Shown here piece by piece: positions 59,746-64,000 of a stretch of DNA of 64,000 nt. This DNA comes from Massalongia carnosa (Eukaryota): positions 806,001 through 870,000 of the forward strand of contig OZ287079.1 of NCBI GenBank assembly GCA_965645245.1, read 5' to 3'. The stretch's first letter is position 1, and the number at the start of each line of letters is the position of its first letter. Below the pieces are notes generated by a model that saw only the letters and a program-made list of their open reading frames with translations, had not been told where the DNA came from and did no database searches. A program made the translations under genes and the position numbers.

Positions 59746-62700
59746 ATGATGCCTTCACCATTTGCCTCGAGCTTCGCTGCAGCGGCAGCGGGTAACACAG
59801 GCGGCGAGCCAAGTGGGAACGGGCGCAACGCCGGGCGAGGGGAAGGAAGTGGAGATTGGTGAGTCCGCCGTCCATTGGCTGATTCCATGTCAACCGGGCA
59901 CTGCCCAAAGCACGCGCTTGGTGAAGTGACGTCGGTCTGATTGCGATGCTGTGCCACAAGGTCACGAGCCCGTACGAACGGTGCGACGCAAACATTCCGA
60001 CGACCGTCGCTAGCAACCAATCTATCGAGTCAAAGAGAGAGCACCCCAAACAACAATACCGCTACGCCAGCTACTGGTGTATATGTTCCGCCACATCTGA
60101 ACTCGAGCTACCAATCTAATTTCAATCGCAACGGGGTAGCTGCCGAGAGTCGCTATTCGAAAGACCAGCTGCTCGATTTGTTCAGAGCTCAGGGTCGGTC
60201 AGGTCAACTGGATGTAAATGTAAGCGATTTGTTTGTGGACGGGTGGAGTCCAGGAGCTGCGAACGGCGCCAACAGTGGGGGCTGGGGGAGGAAAGAAGAT
60301 AATAAGGATGGTGCTGGTGGACCGGAGATATGTTGGGATCACGAAGGCAATGTTCGCCCATTGGCGTTGATTGAAATGGCAGACGACGAGCGAGAAGTAT
60401 GTCTATTGCATGACCACTTCGTCAAAGTAGCGCTAACTGTACTACAAGACATTCGCCACGTCGGTCAACTCTCCGCTTAAGCCTCCAACCCAGAATGCCA
60501 GCAAGGAAAACCCGCAGAATAATGGAGCTGTGGGCCGAAGAACTTCGCTTTCCCAGGCGCAAAGCAATCTGAATACGTATGCCGGAAACTCTCCGTCTGC
60601 TCGTCCGGGCAATCGCCGTAGGGAGTCCAGTGATTTTCTTCCGAGTAATCAGCTGAACTCTCCAACTGGAAATTCCAGGTTTTCTAGAGATGAGTCTCAC
60701 GTTTCATCTCCTCCGCCATCGCTCCTCCGAAGACGGACGGATTTTCGAGAAAATACCTCCGGACAAAATACGGCCGACAAGGATGAAGATAATGAAAAGC
60801 CTGCAATTGAGCCTGACACTTCATTATCGTTTGCATCTCTGAAAAGGACTGCTACTGGGCCAGCCAGCGCTACCGTTGCTGGATCACCGTCCCCTTGGGC
60901 TGGCGGTGCGCAATCGGCGGGATTCGCTCCAATGGGAGCTTTCGGCAGTTTCTCTCTGGGTGCTGCGTCTGGCCAACCTTCAACCCCTGGGGAGAAGAAA
61001 TCTACGTTTAGTCTCCGTGGCGAAAGCCGATTCAAAGGTTTGATGAATAATGATAACTCCGAGGACTCGGGCTCGCGAGCAAAAGATAGTTCATCCCTAA
61101 ACAGTTTTGAGCAATTGGTAGACGGGTCGAAAGATCAACCGCCAACAAGTTGGGCGGGAGCTCGGATAGCGCAACGTCGTGACACAAGGCCCTATCCGGA
61201 TGGCGAGAAATACGGCGCTGGAAGTGCAGCGTTGGGAGGTGATGATGCAAGCCCACCCCGACAAAATCACTCTGGAATCCGAGATCCAGATCCACAATTA
61301 TCCTACGATGACATTGGGTTTGCTTCTCTTGGAGCATCTACTGATGTAGCCCAATTTCGTGATATGAGGCAGCGACGGGAGTTCTCACAAAACATACCGC
61401 AAAGTCAAAGCCAAAGTAATCCACAAGCCAACGAGCCGATGAGCCCGACGAATACGAATCCTTTTCAAAGCCCGGAAGCCGAAAAAGCTACACCCGAGGA
61501 TTTTGACACGGACGATTCGGACCATCAAAACTCTCAGCTTGTTGGCACTCGACCGTTTGCCCGCCATGCCCGAGGCTTCCAGCCGCAGCATGAAAATACC
61601 GCAAGTGACCGAAGCCAGACATCGAGTGCCGGTGCATCCCGAGTATTTCCCTCTTTGGGTTCTCTCGGCGGACTGAGTGGAATAGGCCCTGCGGGTGCTT
61701 GGTCCAATCCACCAGGCGCCATAGGGACCCCTACCAGAGCCATCGCAGGATATTCTGCTCCGTTTGGTGACTCAATCTTCAGCCCATTGGGCGATATTAG
61801 TTCGCAAAACTTCAGCAGCAACGTATCAGGAGCAGGATTCCTTGGTGGAATCCCTTCCGCCGTTGGTAGCGCTGGCCCTGTTGGTCGTGGGAGTAAAATG
61901 GGTTCGCTATTTCCCAACTCTATGCAAGACCAAATGAGAGAGCCTTTGAGGCAAGATCAAGGACTCGGTGATCCAAGCGAGTTCTACCAGCGGAATCCCG
62001 CCTCCTCAAATGCACCGGGATTTGGATCGGCCCTGCGGGAAACAGATAGCCCTATTCGGTCTGGACGAGGCGTGTTAGATGAATTGTTTGGGAACCTTGA
62101 TGTACGAAATCGTAACACTTCATTCACCAGCACCTACTCCGTGAATGAGGCTGGTCAAGTCACCTCAACTCAGGCACCAACGTCTGTTCCTTCGCAATCT
62201 TATTCTGCTGCCTCGACATTTGGTGGTACACCCGCAATGGCCACGCCTGCTAGTAATTCATACTTTGTTCGATCTCATGATCAAGACAACAGCGCCTCCA
62301 TATCAAGCCAAATGCCTGCCTCACAACAACGCCAAATGGTGATGCCAGATCGTATGAGATGGATCTATCGAGACCCCCAAGGCCACACGCAAGGCCCATG
62401 GTCTGGTCTTGAGATGCACGATTGGTATAAGGCAGGCTTTTTCTCACCCGAGCTTCAAGTCAAAAAGCTTGAAGACGCCGATTATGAGCCTTTGGCTCAA
62501 TTGATTCGTCGTATCGGCAATTCTCGCGAACCATTCTTAGTCCCTCAGATCGGCATCCCCCATGGTTCTGCTGTTGCAATGTCAAGCAGCAATGCCTCCA
62601 TTCCAGGGGCCATTCCCGCAACCACACCTTCTACCATGCAGACGAGCTCCGCGCAACCTCCATTCGCCAGTAGCTTTCCAAGTTTTGGTACCACCCTAAC

Positions 62701-64000
62701 CGCCGAACAACAGAATGCTTTGGAAAGGCGCAAGCAGGAGGAACAGTACCTTATGGCGAGACAGAAGGAGCACCTCGCCCAACAACAGGTCATGATAAAG
62801 CAGATGCAGCATCTACAAGGCGGAGCTCATGGACTCCACAGCCAGCAACTCCATCATCATTCTAGTGCTCACAGTTTGCAGAGCCAACCTAGCTACGGCA
62901 GCATAACTTCTCCCACAGGCTATCAACCTTCTCCAGCGCAGGGTCCAATACAGCCACCTGCCGCTGTGGCGGGTTTCTTTGACACGATGCCAAGAAGTTC
63001 GGTTCCGAGCCTTGGCCCTTTAGGCGGCAGCTCTGATACTTTGAGCTCAGTGCGAGAGGATGAAGTAGCAGGTCTCACGGATCGAATGAACACTGGACGC
63101 GCAAGCCAAAAAAACTACGTTGGACCCTCGTTCAATGCAGGCCACCACGAGGGTATGAATCATTCGCAGCAAGTAGCGGCTATGCTACAGGAGAGGGCCC
63201 GAATACAGCGTGAGCAGGAGCATTATGACATGCTTCAGCGCAATTCCGATGACCACCGGGGTACAGCTGACCGGCGTGAACAGTTTCATCTTCTAAGATC
63301 TCAATTGGATGAGCCACAACATTTCCCGCAACCGCTTCCTGCAGGTGGTCACACCGGTCGGCCATTAGAATCGGATGTTCCCGAGCAGCCCCAAGCACAG
63401 GACCGGGGCACGGAGTATCGAGATCTAGCCCAGTCAACATCAACAGCGCAGAAGGGTTCGGAAACCCTTTCATTGTCAGAGCAGGTGCAGAAAGCCGCCG
63501 CAATGGCCAAGCATTCCTCAAGTGCACAGCCTCAATCGCCTTGGGCCAAAATGGAGGTAGGCCTACCCCAGCCATTCCCACCGCCGCAGTCTAGCTCGCC
63601 GCTGCCGGCACCTGCAGCCCAAAGGAATAGGCAGCATGTTGCGGAAGCGCTTACCGCAGAATCGCGATCTCGGTCCCAGACCCCTTTAGTCGAAACCTCA
63701 AGCGCCGCACTTGCTCCGTGGGCAAAGGATACTACAGATAATTCCAAAGGTCCCTCGCTCAAGGAGATTCAAGCTGTGGAAGCAAAGAAAGCAGCGCAAC
63801 AAGAGGAAGCTGCAGCCGCAGCAAGGCGAGCTCTAGCCGAGCAAGAGCGTCACAACCAGCCTCAGCCCATCGCACTAGCCCCCGGTCTACCATTGTCAGC
63901 CAATTGGGCAAGCGGTGTATCGCCAGCGATCCCCATGTCGAACGGTCTATCCGTCTGGATAAAGCCAGGCGTGGGTAAAACGCCTACCGCAACGGCTCCA
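59746..64000 (+). CDS. SMY2: GYF-domain protein (Smy2/Syh1/GIGYF-like), 3' end beyond window
   Basis: Exons 59746-59858, 59961-60396 and 60449 to beyond 64000. RYSKDQLLDL motif; GYF domain WIYRDPQGHTQGPWSGLEMHDWYKAGFF at ~62360-62445; PKGPSLKEIQ near the end. The ORF track misses the long exon because it has no stop in the window. Confidence 0.92.

Noticed and set aside
60422..63762. Minus-strand ORFs in this interval
   Set aside because: They are antisense shadows of the long plus-strand GYF exon.
1..64000. Starship captain (DUF3435 tyrosine recombinase) or element boundary
   Set aside because: No recognisable recombinase motifs or boundary repeats in the window.
1..64000. tRNA or rRNA genes
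   Set aside because: None recognised by eye; tRNAscan-SE or Infernal would be needed to exclude them.

Overview
This is filamentous-ascomycete genomic DNA: the genes have short GT-AG introns with CTAAC branch points and belong to Pezizomycotina-type families. A lichen-forming fungus is plausible but cannot be shown from the sequence alone. Bases 1-11 kb are five abutting transposons, all on the minus strand: a decayed Ty1/copia with a 50/51-bp tandem array in its leader, three Tc1/mariner-type elements and a hAT element. Bases 11-28 kb are an accessory-looking block holding a membrane-anchored ankyrin gene, a ~3,077-aa DUF6606/DUF3638/DUF3645-type SF2-like ATPase gene, and a decayed tandem pair. 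That pair is a nucleotidyltransferase-like gene followed by an 'NWRLxLGLRRD' partner; it resembles a toxin-antitoxin module and is missed by the ORF track. An intact young copia (identical-looking 519-bp LTRs, TA...CA ends, ATCCG TSD) and a 5'-truncated Tad1-like LINE (intact ORF2, 14-bp TSD) follow. Bases 39-64 kb hold ordinary genes: a Rossmann oxidoreductase, a Jen1-type transporter, two secreted proteins, a His-rich protein and a GYF-domain gene that runs off the window. All family assignments come from motif recognition by eye; no searches were run.
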